64,000 nucleotides of DNA from Octopus vulgaris (GCA_951406725.2 OX597830.1:11408001-11472000); one strand, 5' to 3'. Shown: positions 25,766-40,789, counted from the first letter of the stretch. Notes: generated by a model from the letters alone, not told the origin. Translations and numbers: made by a program.

Positions 25766-27020
25766 CGGTTTATTTAATTTATATTAAAATTTTATGTATT
25801 GATTAAGTCTTTCCTTGTTTGATTTTAAAATAGTGGTTTTGTCTCGAATTATATTATATAATATTTTACTATAAAATTGGATTTAACCCTAAATCTGATT
25901 TTTTCCTGTAATTTTGGATTCATTCCCTAATATTTATTATTATATATATATATATATTGATACGAATGCAAAAAAAAAGACAAACAAAAAAACATCATTT
26001 CCCTTTTTCCATTAGCTGGGATCGAAACGGTGTTCTAGTTGTTCAGGTCAGTAGTATTTCCTTTGTTCCGTCAAGGAGCACAGTTGTTTATGGCCATAGG
26101 CACTTGACCTCTGGCCCTCTACGGTCACAGAGAGTTTAATGAAGACAAAGTTTTGGGAAGGGAAACATGCACTGTTACGTACGGTATACCTCTCTTTCTG
26201 GCTGGACGGCCTCATATATACGGGTAGCACTGAGGCAGTCAGAGAGAAAGAGACCGGACAGGGCAGACGTGGTCTGACAGAGACAAACAGGGGCAGAGAG
26301 AGAGAGATACATGGAGCGAGAGACGGACAACTGAACGACTGGCAAGTGATATAGTGGGATGCTGCGCCTAGCTGAAGTTACAGACGTAAAATGAAAGAAC
26401 TGTTGCCGGTAAATGGTTTTTTGTATGTTTTAAAGGAAACGAACTGTGATGTTAAATGTTTTAAGAAAAAAAAAAGAAAAACTTTGTGGTGTTAACTGTT
26501 TCAAAAGAAAAGAAGAAAAAGAAGAACTTTGTTGTTAAATGTGTTTCGTTGGAGGAAGAGAAAGAAAAAAAGAACTGTGTTGTAGACTGTGCTTTTAAAA
26601 GAAAAGAAAAGAAAAAAGAAAAGAAAGAAGCAAAAGGACTGTGTTGTTAAATGTTTTTTTGAGAAACAAACTTTGATGTTATACGTTTAAAAAAAGAAAA
26701 AGAACTTTGTGTTGTTAAATGAGGAAGGAAAAAAAAAACTTTCTAAAGAACTATTGTTGAATGGTTTGTTAAAAAAATTTTTACTTTGACTACGCAACGT
26801 TTTGTGTGTGTTATTTCTGTTGTTGTTGTTGGCTCTACTGACTACGTTTCGCTGCTTCACTGCCCTGAGTGGATTTCTGATTTCCTGAGCATTATCGCAC
26901 GCAAGCTTCTCTGGGCCAGCAAACTGCGGGCTGTTTGTGTGAGGACCTGTGGTGGCATCAATGTCCCTTTCTGTTTTATGTGTGGACCTGGCTGTATGTA
27001 TATTTGAAATCGAAAGGCTG

Positions 27021-27091
27021 TCCCACTGATGAAAACTGGCCTTCAGCGAATATTTTTTTTGCTGGAAATAGTTAGAAACCGTGGTCTGGGA
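27021..27091 (+). ncRNA. Minimal type-I hammerhead ribozyme
   Basis: TCCCA-CTGATGA-[AAACT..TTCAGCGAA..TTTGCTGGAA..AGTTA]-GAAA-CCGTGG-TC-TGGGA. Confidence 0.7.
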
Positions 27092-27337
27092 AATAATTGA
27101 GATGGTAAACGTTTTTAATTTTCATTCCTTTCGAGAATTTATCCTAATTTGGTGGTTTTGAGTTTTCTACTGCTCTTTCTAGCACAAGGCTTTCCTATTT
27201 GGAAGCTTCTTATTGTATTTCTATGTGAATAATATATAGTCTAATGACTAATTCGTTTTTGTGCTAGGCCACTGGGAATAATAATTTCTTATTACCCTAT
27301 TGTTATTTATTATGTTTATATATATATATATATATAA

Positions 27338-29430
27338 AATGTACAGACATACTCATCAAAATCCCTTCGCCGAATGATCTTAAACTTAGACCAATAATAG
27401 CAGGCCCAGCATACGAAACTCACCGCCTCAGCAACTTCTTAGACACACTTCTGAAACCTTTCCTTAAGTACATCAAAAGCTACGTAAGAGACGATATAAA
27501 CATGCTTAACCACTTCCCAAAAACAGTCAATGAGGAAACCCTACTAGTATCCTTCGACGTAATTAACCTTCATTCAAACATCCCTCACACCCTAGGAAAT
27601 GAAGCGATCACATTCTGGCTAAACAACTACCCCTTTGAACTTCCAACTCGCATAAATAAAGAACTCGTAATAGAAGGACTTAGATTTATTTTAGAAAACA
27701 ATTACTTTATTTTTGACAATAATTTCTACAGACAAAGATCGGGAACAGCGATGGGCACGCATACTGCGCCTTCTTTTGCCAACCTAGTAATGGGATACCT
27801 TGAAATAATACTCTACCAGAAAACACTCAAGAAATATGGAAACACTTTCTCCACCTATATCCAGAAAACTGGAAAAGATATCTCGATGACTGCTTCATCC
27901 TCTGAGATGAAAGTATAGAAAAACTTGAGGAATTTAAAATACTACTAAATGGAATTAACGAAAATATTCAATTCACGATAGATCATAACCAAGAAAAACT
28001 ACCATTTCTAGACATCCTCATTAAGAAAGTCGGCAACAAAATAGAGACAGATATCTATTATAAACCGACAGACTCAAAGCAGTACCTACCCTTTGACTCA
28101 TGCAATGCAAGACAAACTAGAATAAATGTCCCTTTCTGTTTAGCCAGAAGGATTTGTACCATAATATCAGACACAAGCACCCGACACACACGTCTCCAGG
28201 AACTCAGAACTACACTCATAAATAGGAATTATCCACAGCCCCTAATAGACAGTGCAATCCAACGAGCACTTAAATTAAGTATAGAAGACCTGAGACAACC
28301 AAAACCAAAAAAGAAAGAAAAATTTAAAAACCCTACCCTACATCTCTACACACAACCCATTTAACAATGAGGCCTTCAACACCATACTCCAAAGCACAGC
28401 CCTACTCAGGGGAGACCCAAAGATGAACCAAATCTTCCAAACGTACACCATCATAAAAAGTAAACGGCAACCAAAAGCCTTAAAAAAGATTTTAACCCAA
28501 GCTAAACTGCACCCAACAACAACCACAAAATCAGCAGTTAAAAAATGTGGAAAGCCCAACTGCAGAATCTGTGTCATCTTAGTAGAAGGTTTGGAATACA
28601 CATTAGAACAAGGCCATCATTTTACCATCAGAAAAAACGACACCTGTGCATCAGAAAACTTAATTTACATGTTAACATGCACAGGGTGCAAAAGGCGATA
28701 TATAGGCCATACAAAAAACAGCCTACAATAAAGGATGGCAGTACATAAGTCCCAAATTAGGAATCCTGAATACAGGAAAATACCTGTCAGTGGTCACATA
28801 GATAGATGTGCTTCAAACAAAAGTCCCAAATTCACAACTTTCCCACTTTACTAATTCAGTAACAACGTAACTTTCACTCAACGTCAAAATAAAGAACACT
28901 ATTTTATTAGAAAATTCGGACCAAGTTTAAACACCCTGGGCCAGGAACATTAAAACAATATATTGGTCTTCTGAAAAGAAAAATGGAATTCTACCACTAC
29001 CACCACGATCACTAATACTACTACTACAACCACCATGGTCACTACTATTACTACTACGATCAACAGTCTTCCTCTGCTGCTACTACTACTGCAGCCAATG
29101 AACTGCTGCAACTCCAACCACCACCACCACAGTCACTACTACTACAACCAACAATCACTGCTGCTACTGCTATTTCGGCCACTGGTCATTTCCCCAACTT
29201 TAGTCAACATATAAGACAGCTATTATGCTTCCCTCCAACAAAAAACCACCACGTGGATTCTGTTGAGACTAATAGGAAACAATTATGAACTTTTTTATGA
29301 CACTTAACTTTTAAAAATAATTTTGATAAGGTTCGTTTTTTCAAGAAGAACCGAAACATGTAAATTTTCTAAGAAAATTAAAATTTATCTTATATAGTGG
29401 CGTTTTCAAACTTCTTTTTTATAAATTTAT
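27338..29430 (+). mobile_element. Penelope-like element (RT plus GIY-YIG), disrupted
   Basis: LRPIIAGP, VSFDVINL, QRSGTAMG, RYLDD, LPFLD, CGKPNCRIC, NLIYMLTCTGCKRRYIGHT; frameshifts and stops. Confidence 0.9.
29319..29366 (+). ncRNA. Minimal hammerhead ribozyme, U3:A8 variant, at the Penelope 3' end
   Basis: AATT-TTGATAA-GGTTC...GAACC-GAAA-CATG-TA-AATT. Confidence 0.6.
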
Positions 29431-29446
29431 ATATATATATATATGG

Positions 29447-31121
29447 ATCATCATCATTTAACGTGCATTTTCAATGCTAGCATGGGTTGGACGGTTCGAC
29501 CGGAGTCTGGTAAGCCATGGAGGCTGCACCAGGATCTAGCAAAGTTTCTACGGCTGGATGCCCTTCCTAATGCCAACTGCTCCGTGAGTGTAGTGGGTGT
29601 TTTTTACGTACCACCGGTACAGGGGCTACAACAGGCTGGCAAATGGCCACGACTGGTTGGTGCTTTTACGTGTCACCAACACGGACGCCAGTCAGGCAGC
29701 GTTGGCATCTGCCACGTTTGGACGGTGCTTTTTACGTGTCACCGGCACAGGTGTCTTAACTACAATTTCCATTTGATTTTTATTTTGAAGTTATCACAGG
29801 ACGGCTTGCTGTATTTACCTTGGATCGTAGGGCGACCTGCTGTGCTTGAGGAGACCTATTGAGTCAAGTACATCGCCATCAACATCAAAAAAATCAAATG
29901 GAAATAGCAGTTCTGATACCTGTGCCGGTGGCACATAAAAATCACTGTCCGTACGTGGTCGATGCCAGCTCCGCCTTGACTGGTTTCCATGCCGGTGGCA
30001 CGTAAAAGGAACCAACCGATCGTGGCTGTCGCCAGCCTCCCCTGGCACCTGTGCCGGTGGCACGTAAAAAACACCCACTACACTCATGGATGGAGTGGTT
30101 GGCGATAGGAAGGGCATCCAGCTGTAGAAACACTGCCAGATCAGACTGGAGCCTGGTGCAGCCTCCTGGCCTCCCAGACCCCGGTCGAACCGTCCAACCC
30201 ATGCTAGCATGGAAAACAGACGTTAAACGATGATGATAATGATGATGACGTACTTGACTCAATAGGTTTCCTCGAGAACAGCGGGTCCCTCTACAATCCA
30301 AGGTTAGCCCAGCAGGCCGTCCTGCGAGCCATGAACTCACTTCATTTGTAGTGTCTTCACAGTCACAGCATATCTCAGGGGTCTCGGTCTTTGTCATTTC
30401 CTCTGTGAGGCCCTATGTGCCACTGGCACAGGTATCACAACTACAATATCCATACAATTTTTATTTTGATGTTGATGAACTTGACACAATAGGTCTCCTC
30501 AAGTGCAGCAGGCCATCCTGCAAGCCATGAACTCACTTCATTTGTTGGGTCTTCGAAGTCACAGCATATCTCCAGAGGTCTCGATCTTTTGTCATAACCT
30601 CTGTGAGGCTCATAGTACGAAGGTCATACTTGACCACCTCGTCTCATTTCTTCCTAGGTCTACCTCTGCCCCGAATTCCTTCAACAGTTTGAGAGTGGCA
30701 CTTCTTCACACATCTCTCCTCATCCATCCGTAGTACATGACCATACCAACGCAAGCGTCTCTCCTGCACGCTGCATCCGATGCTTCTTACATCCAGCATT
30801 TCTCTCAGGGTGCTTACACTCTGTTGTGCATAGATACTGACATTACACATCCAGCGGATCATGCTAGCTTCATTTCTTTCAAGCCTACACATGTCCTCCG
30901 CAGTCACAGCCCATGTTTCACTGCCGTGAAGCATGGCAGTTCGCACACATGCGTCGTACAATCTACCCTTCACTCTGAGCGAGAGACCCTTTGTCGCCAG
31001 AAGAGGAAAAAGCTTCCTAAACTTTGCCCAGGCTATTCTTATTCTAGTGGTAACACTCGCTGAGCATCCACCCCCACTACTAACTTGATCACCTGGGTAG
31101 TGGAAGCTATCAACTACTTCT
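29447..31121. mobile_element. Cluster of RTE 3' fragments in alternating orientation
   Basis: 29447-29790 (-), 29800-30250 (+), 30250-31121 (-, includes KGRLYDACVRTAMLHGSETW..RLRWYGHV). Confidence 0.85.
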
Positions 31122-31620
31122 GCTGTGACTGTGTTTACTGCGAGCTAGCAAATTTAGACAATAGCATCTTCTGGATACGTATTCTTTCGGCGGAGGTATC
31201 AAAAATCGAGTAGGGGAATCTGAGTGTGTGCGCTAGTTTATATAGGGTGGTGGTGGAAGTATTGGCGAGGCGAGTGGTAATCGAAATAGGGAGACACAGA
31301 CAGAGTGAGGCCAAGAGAGAGAGAGACAGAGTGAGCCAGAGAGAGAGGGGGGCTAGTGGTCAGAAACACGAGGGAGAAAAATATTCTTTTGGGATTTGTG
31401 TGGCATGATTAATGTAACAAGACAGCAAATGTTGATAATAGTAAAATAGAATTGAAAAATCTGAGAGCCAATCTAAGACAAAATAAGTGGCTGTGTGATA
31501 AACTTTAATAGATGAATGAATGAATATGTTGCAGCTAAGGAAATGCGTGAACTAAGGCTATCTTAAGGCAACAACAAGGAAGACGAAACTATATTTACAT
31601 GATGACATGGTACTGAAAGA

Positions 31621-31667
<47 letters not shown>

Positions 31668-32021
31668 GTATATATACGTATTTTTTTTTCGTATTTTACG
31701 TGTTTTTACGTATTTTCGTATTCTTATTCGTTCCCGTCCTTGTTTTGTATACATTCGAGGCTTTCTTCCAAGGAATCTAATGCGCTTGGCTTAGATTTTC
31801 CTTTGGGGCTGGCCAGGTCGGAGCAATCTCAAGATTAATCAGCCGAAATTGCGAAGATGATCCGGTTCTTGACTGAAGATGGAAGGCTTCGAATGTCCCA
31901 TTCGTTTTTTTGTATCGTCTTCTAAATGTTTTGCGTCCTTGTCCCAGTTTGTGTTTTTTTACATTTACCTATATATATATATATATATATACATACATAT
32001 ATATATATATATATGTATATA

Positions 32022-32532
32022 TCATCATCATCATCGTTTAACATCGATGGACGATTTTGACTGAGGGCTGGCGAGCCTGTTGGCTGCACCAGGCTCCAAT
32101 CTTGATCTGATAGTTTCTACAGCTAGATGCCCTTCCTAATGCCAACCACTCCGAGAGTGTAATGGGTGCTTTTACGTGCCACCGGCACGAGGGCCAGTCG
32201 GGCGATACAGGCAACAACCTCGCTCGAATATTTTTACACATGCCACCGGCACAGGTGCCAGTAAGGCGACGCTGGTAACGATCACGCTTGAATGGTGTCT
32301 TTTACATGCCATTGGCACGGAAGCCAGTTAGCCACTCTGGCAACGATCATGCTTGGATGGTGCTCCTAACACCCTACTAGCACGGACACAAGTGCCAGTA
32401 AGGCAACGCTGGTAACAATCACACTCGAATGGTGTCTTTTATGTGCCGGTTAGCCGCTCTGTCAATGATCACACTCATATGGTGCTCTTTGCACCCCGCT
32501 AGCACGGGTGCCAGTCATCGAATTTGATTTTG

Positions 32533-32573
<41 letters not shown>

Positions 32574-33820
32574 CGCACATATATATAGATACAATATATA
32601 TATATACACACATATATATATATAAATACACATATATATAGAGACAATATATCATCATCATCATCATCATCATTTAACGTCCGCTTTCCATGCTAGCATG
32701 GGTTGGACGGTTCAACTGGGGTCTGGGAGCCCAAAAGCTGCACCAGTCCAGTCAGATCTGGCAGTGTTTCTACAGCTGGATGCCCTTCCTAACGCCAACC
32801 ACTCCGAGAGTGTAGTGGGTGATTTTATGTGCCACCGACACAGGTGCCAGACGAGGCTGGCAAACGGCCACGCTCGGATGGTGTTTTTTTATGTGCCACC
32901 GACACAGGTGCCAGACGAGGCTGGCAGACGGCCACGCTCGGATGGTGTTTTTATGTGCCACCGACACAGGTGCCAGATGAGGCTGCCGAACGGCCACGAT
33001 CGGATGGTGTTTGTTACGTGCCCACAGCACGGAGGCCAGTCGATGCGGTACTGGCTACGGCCACGTTCGGATGGTTTTCTTGTGTGCCACGTGCCACCGG
33101 CACTGGTACCACAAAGATACAAATTCCATTGATGTTCATCTATTTTGATTTGTTTTGATTTTCACTTGCCTCAACAGGTCTTCACAAGTGTCACAAGAAG
33201 GAAGGTAAGCACAGGTGGACTGACTACGTCCCAGGTAAGGGCCACGGGTTATGGCCTGACTAGTCTTGCCGGGTCTTCGGATGGTGTTTTTATGTGCCAC
33301 CGACATAGGTGCCAGATGAGGCTGGCGAACGGCCACGATCGGATGGTGTTTGTTACGTGCCCACAGCACGGAGGCCATTCGATGCGGTACTGGCTACGGC
33401 CACGTTCGGATGGTTTTCTTGTGTGCCACCGGCACTAACCACAAAGATACAAATTCCATTAATGTTCATCTATTTTGATTTGTTTTGATTTTCACTTGCC
33501 TCAACAGGTCTTCACAAGTGTCACAAGAAGGAAGGTATGCACAGGTGGACTGACTACGTCCCAGGTAGGGGCCACAGGTTATGGCCTGACTAGTCTTGCC
33601 GGGTCTTCGGATGGTGTTTTTATGTGCCACCGACACAGGTGCCAGATGAGGCTGCCGAACGGCCACGATCGGATGGTGTTTGTTACGTGCCCACAGCACG
33701 GAGGCCAGTCGGTGCGGTACTGGCTACGGCCACGTTCGGATGGATTTCTTGTGTGCCACAGGCACTGGTACCACAAAGATACAAATTCCATTGATGTTCA
33801 TCTATTTTGATTTGATTTGA
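32022..33820 (-). mobile_element. Two RTE 3'UTR copies; the second (32652-33820) has a ~330-bp tandem duplication
   Basis: (CAT)n tails at 32022 and 32652; the block at ~33110-33440 recurs at ~33440-33800. Confidence 0.8.
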
Positions 33821-33905
33821 TTATATATACACATATATATAGATACAATATATATACACACATGTATATAGAGACAATATATATATACACATATATATAG
33901 ATACA

Positions 33906-33942
<37 letters not shown>

Positions 33943-34091
33943 TATATAAATACACATATATATAGAGACAATATATATATACACATATATATAGATACAA
34001 TATATATATATACACATATATATATACACACACATATATATACATACACATATATATATACATACACATATATACATACACATATATACAT

Positions 34092-34126
<35 letters not shown>

Positions 34127-34189
34127 CACACATACATATATACACACACATATATATACACATATATATATATACACACACATATATAT

Positions 34190-34220
<31 letters not shown>

Positions 34221-34818
34221 CTAGCAGAGATACCCGGCATTGCCCGGGTTAAATGCAAATGAAGAATTAGACTTTTCTGTTATATTTTCTAAATGAACTG
34301 GAATATCTATGTTTTGAATTTCATTAAAATTGCAGATGAGGGTTATCTCCCTTCTTACACACCCTAAAAAAAATTCTAATCATGATACTTGTATCCCATA
34401 CTACTGATCTTTATGCGCATATTCCCAAATTCCAGTCATATTGAACCTGTTAAAAAGATTTTGCTCCTGAAAAATGAAGGTCATGGAGCTCTAAAATGTG
34501 GGAGTTAAGGCCCCTGTTGGGGGTGGGTGTCTTAATGTCAACCAGAGAAGTTGAATTGTTGAGAATCTTTTTAACTTGGGTCTTATATCTATTGTTTGAA
34601 TTTCTTTGAAATAAGAAATATATGTTCACTGGGTTTGTAAAAGAGAGCAAAGCTACAGGAAACCAAAAGACGAATGATCACAATAAGCAGTCACCTATCC
34701 TACCCTAGTCGTTACCACTCCCAATGTAGGATTCCTCACCATCCTGCTAACAGTCACAGTCATAAAATGCATTATGAATCTATAGCAATTGGAAGGGCGT
34801 GACCCAACTGAAATAAAC

Positions 34819-34885
<67 letters not shown>

Positions 34886-35457
34886 ACGCACACAAACACA
34901 ATGATAAACTGATAGATACAACTGAGTGGGCAAACAAAAATATGAGACACTGCCTAGTGCTTTTTTATATTTTGATAAGTCTGGTACTTATTCTGTCAGT
35001 TTCTTCTTGTGAAACCAGTAAGTTATGGGGATGTAAATAAACAAACACCAGTTGTGAAGCAGTGATGAGGGAGAAACACAAAGACACACACATAAACTTA
35101 CATATATATACAATTGATTTCTTTCAGTTTCTGTCTACAAAATCCACTGAAAAGGCTTTGGTTGGTCTTAGGGTATAGCAGAAAACACATGCCAAGTCAC
35201 CAAACAGTGAGACTGAACTGAGGACCATGTGTTTTGGAACCAAGTTTGTTACCACATAGCCACACCTGCACCTATGTATATGTGTGTGTGGGGGGTGTAT
35301 GGGTGTATATATGTATGCATGTATATATGTGTACATAATGCATGTACATCTATATATATACATCTACACTTACATGTATACATATACATCTATATCTATA
35401 GAAATACAATACAAAATTTTCTGCTGCTTTAAATAAAGTATATATATATATATATGA

Positions 35458-35498
<41 letters not shown>

Positions 35499-35618
35499 TC
35501 CATATATATACATCTATATATATATACATAGTTAATCCAAAAATGAAAACACAACAACGCGAGGACGTGGAACAAATATAGTATTATTGGACGCTCAGGA
35601 AGGAAGGGAAGAAGGAGA

Positions 35619-35653
35619 GTTTAACGTTTCGAGCGGAGCTCTTCGTCAGAAAC
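35619..35653 (-). ncRNA. Minimal hammerhead ribozyme (second, damaged copy at 41614-41649)
   Basis: Minus strand GTTT-CTGACGA-A-GAGC-tcc-GCTC-GAAA-CG-TT-AAAC; palindromic AACGTT. Confidence 0.7.
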
Positions 35654-35892
35654 ATAGGAGAAGGAAAGATCCAGAGAAGGGAAGACAGAGGAAACAAAAA
35701 AAAAGGGGAAGACAGAGGGATAAAAAAAAATATATATATATATAGATATATGTAAATTTAAAATAAGGGTGAAAAATTGAATATTAATTTGATTAATATG
35801 AATTGAAAACCATTGTTGTAGCATATAAGACCATACCTGATTTTCTTCTAGCAAAATTGATATTCACTGTTAATGGTTCCTTCCTACTTCAC

Positions 35893-36086
35893 CTGAAACT
35901 ATAAAGTGAAACTATTAATACTTTCACTATTAATAGTGAAACTATTAATAGTGAAACTATTAAAGTGAAACTACTAAAGTGAAACTACTAAAGTGAAACT
36001 ATTAAAGTGAAACTACTAAAGTGAAACTATTAAAGTGAAACTATTAAAGTGAAACTACTAAAGTGAAACTATTAAAGTGAAACTAT
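35893..36086. repeat. 14-bp minisatellite (TAAAGTGAAACTAY)n
   Basis: Seen directly; shorter copy at ~41880-41976. Confidence 0.9.
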
Positions 36087-36319
36087 CTGACATTACAATA
36101 GAGAGATGTTATTGTTTCACTTTTAACAAGTAATACTGAAATAGTGGAGAAGATATGATGTTGCTGTGGGCTCGCACAAGGCAAGAAGCTAGAAGGTTGT
36201 TTTGCCCATTAAACTACATGGACCCTAAGTAAGGCATGTGTAAAATTTGAATGATATTGGTTGAGTAGTTCTCAAGTTTTAGGGATTCACAGACAGACAG
36301 ACATACATTCTCAGTTTTA

Positions 36320-37950
<1,631 letters not shown>

Positions 37951-38149
37951 TAAATTCTATATACATATGTATATATCAGTATACGTAATAAAGTACGATA
38001 TATACATTGGAAGCACATCGTTAGAGTTATCTATAAAAGATATATATCTATCCATATATATAACATATTAGGATAGAAATATACGGATGCCCCAAGCCAT
38101 AGTTACCGGTCTAGCAAAATAGAAGAAATTTGGGATTTAGAAAGACACA

Positions 38150-40775
38150 GGTGTGCTTCTTATGGGAGACTTCAATCTGCCCAATGTCAGATGGCCCGAG
38201 GGCCTTTCTCTCCCAGGAATGACAAGATGTGAACGAGGACAGGCGAGGTCCCTCCTGAACCTCATCAACACCCTGTACATGGAGCAGGTAATACTCCAAC
38301 CAACCAGGGCAGGTAACACACTGGATCTCTGCTTCACAAATGACATGGATCTCATCCATAATGTGAAAGTGACACCGACACTACTCTCGGATCACAACAT
38401 GATAGAGCTGACCATGTACGGGCCAAAAGAGAGCACGGACATGCAGCCTACAAGAAACCCTCAAAATCTTTCCAGCTTGAACTACCATAAGACAAACTGG
38501 AAACAAATTGAGAAAGAGATCCTCAAACAAAACTGGCCTGAATGTCTCTCCTCGCCAGACATCGACGTGAAACTTCAACAATTCATGTCTGTAATGCAAG
38601 CCATATGCTACAAATGTGTCCCAGAGAGAAAGGCCACTGTACACAAGAACAAAATCCCCAGAGAGAGGAAAATTTTAATGAGACGGCGTACGAAATTTTC
38701 AAATCGCCTAAACAAACAGAATGAAAGCAGTGAAAAGTCCGCCTAAAAATAAAACTGTTGGAAATCGAAAAATGTCTGCAACTCTCCCATGAAAAAGAAA
38801 GAGCAGACAAAGAAGCCTGGGCTATAGAAAACATAAAATCTAACCCCAGAGCTTTCTACAGGTATGCCAAAGAAACAGCTACAGTGCACTGTAGAATAGG
38901 GCCACTCCTCGAAAAGGATGGCACACTTACAGGAAAACCAATGAGGGTAAGTGAAATACTGAATGAGCAATTCAAGAGTGTTTTCACTCCACCCCTTGGG
39001 CATCTCCAAATCACCAATCCAACTGACTTTTTACCACTGCAGATATAAAATCAGAGGCGACGATAGATTACATCGATATAAAGGAAGACGATGTAACCAA
39101 GGCTATAGATGAAATGAAAACAGACTCAGCTACTGGCCCCGATGGATTCCCGGCAATCCTCCTAAAAGCATGTAAGAGAGTCCTAGCAAGACCACTGCAG
39201 TTCCTCTTTCAGAGCTTCCTTGCAGCTGGCAAACTTCCAGGAAAACTGAAGGAAGGTAAAATATGCCCCATTCATAAAGGAGGTAGCAGAGCGGAAGCCA
39301 AGAACTATAGACCTATCTCTCTGACCTCACACATCAGCAAGGTCATGGAACGAATAGTCAGAAGGAAGCTGATCACCTTCCTTGAAGAGAATGACTTGCT
39401 GCCCGACACCCAACATGGTTTCCGACCAGGGAGAAGCTGTTTAACTCAGCTCCTACAACACTATGACTGGGTGCTGAAACGGCTGCTCAACCACTCAAAT
39501 GTGGAAGTGATATATCTCGACTTTGCAAAGGCCTTTGATAAAGTCGATCATGGAATGATATGTCACAAACTGCGTGATCTCAACATAGTTGGAAAACTGG
39601 GAGAATGGCTTCATGACTTTCTGAAGGATAGAAGTCAGGTGGTAGTAGCCAATGGGGCCACCTCCATTAACACACAAATAGTGAGCGGTGTTCCGCAGGG
39701 CACTGTTCTGGGATCACTACTGTTCATAATGGCCCTCTCAGACATGCCCTCAGCCACGCAGAGAGCCACGATCACAAGTTATGCAGATGATACAAAAGTC
39801 TCACAGGCAATACAGAACCCTGAGGACACTAAACACCTGCAATGTGAGCTGGACGAAATATACAAGTGGGCTGAAAAGAATAGCATGCAGTTCAATGCTG
39901 GAAAGTTTCAAGCTTTATACTATCAGCATGCAAAACTGAATGCAATACCCAATGAATACACTGGACCCGGAGGGATTGCAATCCCAGAGGCACAATCAGT
40001 GCGTGACCTGGGTATTCACATGAGTGATGACGCGACCTTTCATGTACATGTTGCTAAACTGACAATGAAATGTAGACGGCTGGCTGGATGGATTCTTAGA
40101 ACCTTTAGAACAAGAGAACAAGAAACCATGATGGTCCTCTGGAAGACACTTGTCCTAAGCCACTTTGACTATTGCTCTCAGCTATGGTCACCATCCAGTG
40201 TCAAGTTGATCACAGAACTTGAGGCGATCCAACGAAGCTACACAAAGAAGATAGCCTCTATGCAGAATGTAAGCTACTGGGAAAGACTCAAGAGATTAAA
40301 ATTATATTCCCTGGAGCGTAGGCGGGAAAGATATGCCATAATATACATCTGGAAGATCCTGGAGGGAAGTGTCCTGAACTTTGGCATCGAGAGTTACGCA
40401 AATGCCAGAACTGGGCGCCACTGCGTGGTGCCTAGGACTCCAAACCTACCATCAAGATGTAGGACAAGATTCTGTGATAGCCTGGGCTTCCGAGGCCCAC
40501 AGCTCTTCAATATCCTCCCGAAGAACCTGAGAGACCTGCATGGGGTGGATACAGATGTCTTTAAAATGAAGCTGGATCTCTTCCTGTCAGGTGTCCCAGA
40601 TGAACCAACTTCACGGCAGGAGGGGCAGATGAGGGCAGCTGCATCGAACTCTCTCATGCACCAAATAGCAGTTGCTAGAAAGCCTCCATGAAGTGAAACC
40701 AAGTAGCAACACCAAATGGCGGTGCCCCAGCATGGCCACAGCTCATGAGCTGAAACTAGAATCAATCAATCAATC
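38150..40775 (+). mobile_element. CR1-group LINE, 5'-truncated (EN C-terminus plus RT), (AATC)n tail
   Basis: LLMGDFNLP, NTLDL, LSDH (APE endonuclease); two frameshifts (~38745, ~39030); then the intact RT frame. Confidence 0.9.
39114..40691 (+). CDS. LINE ORF2 reverse transcriptase (uninterrupted 525-aa portion)
   Basis: GPDG, NYRPISLTS, QHGFRPGRSC, YLDFAKAFDKV, SGVPQG, YADD, RDLG, SLERRRERY. Confidence 0.85.
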   Translation: MKTDSATGPDGFPAILLKACKRVLARPLQFLFQSFLAAGKLPGKLKEGKICPIHKGGSRAEAKNYRPISLTSHISKVMERIVRRKLITFLEENDLLPDTQHGFRPGRSCLTQLLQHYDWVLKRLLNHSNVEVIYLDFAKAFDKVDHGMICHKLRDLNIVGKLGEWLHDFLKDRSQVVVANGATSINTQIVSGVPQGTVLGSLLFIMALSDMPSATQRATITSYADDTKVSQAIQNPEDTKHLQCELDEIYKWAEKNSMQFNAGKFQALYYQHAKLNAIPNEYTGPGGIAIPEAQSVRDLGIHMSDDATFHVHVAKLTMKCRRLAGWILRTFRTREQETMMVLWKTLVLSHFDYCSQLWSPSSVKLITELEAIQRSYTKKIASMQNVSYWERLKRLKLYSLERRRERYAIIYIWKILEGSVLNFGIESYANARTGRHCVVPRTPNLPSRCRTRFCDSLGFRGPQLFNILPKNLRDLHGVDTDVFKMKLDLFLSGVPDEPTSRQEGQMRAAASNSLMHQIAVARKPP

Positions 40776-40789
40776 ATATAATATATATA

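Noticed and set aside
31120-31182. Minus-strand CAGAAGA-TGC...GCA-GTAAA-CACAG-TC hammerhead-like motif
   Set aside because: Core deviates at two positions and helix I is missing.
31865-31900. CTGAAGA motif in a repeat also present at 61.9 kb
   Set aside because: No GAAA/NUH arrangement or closing helix.
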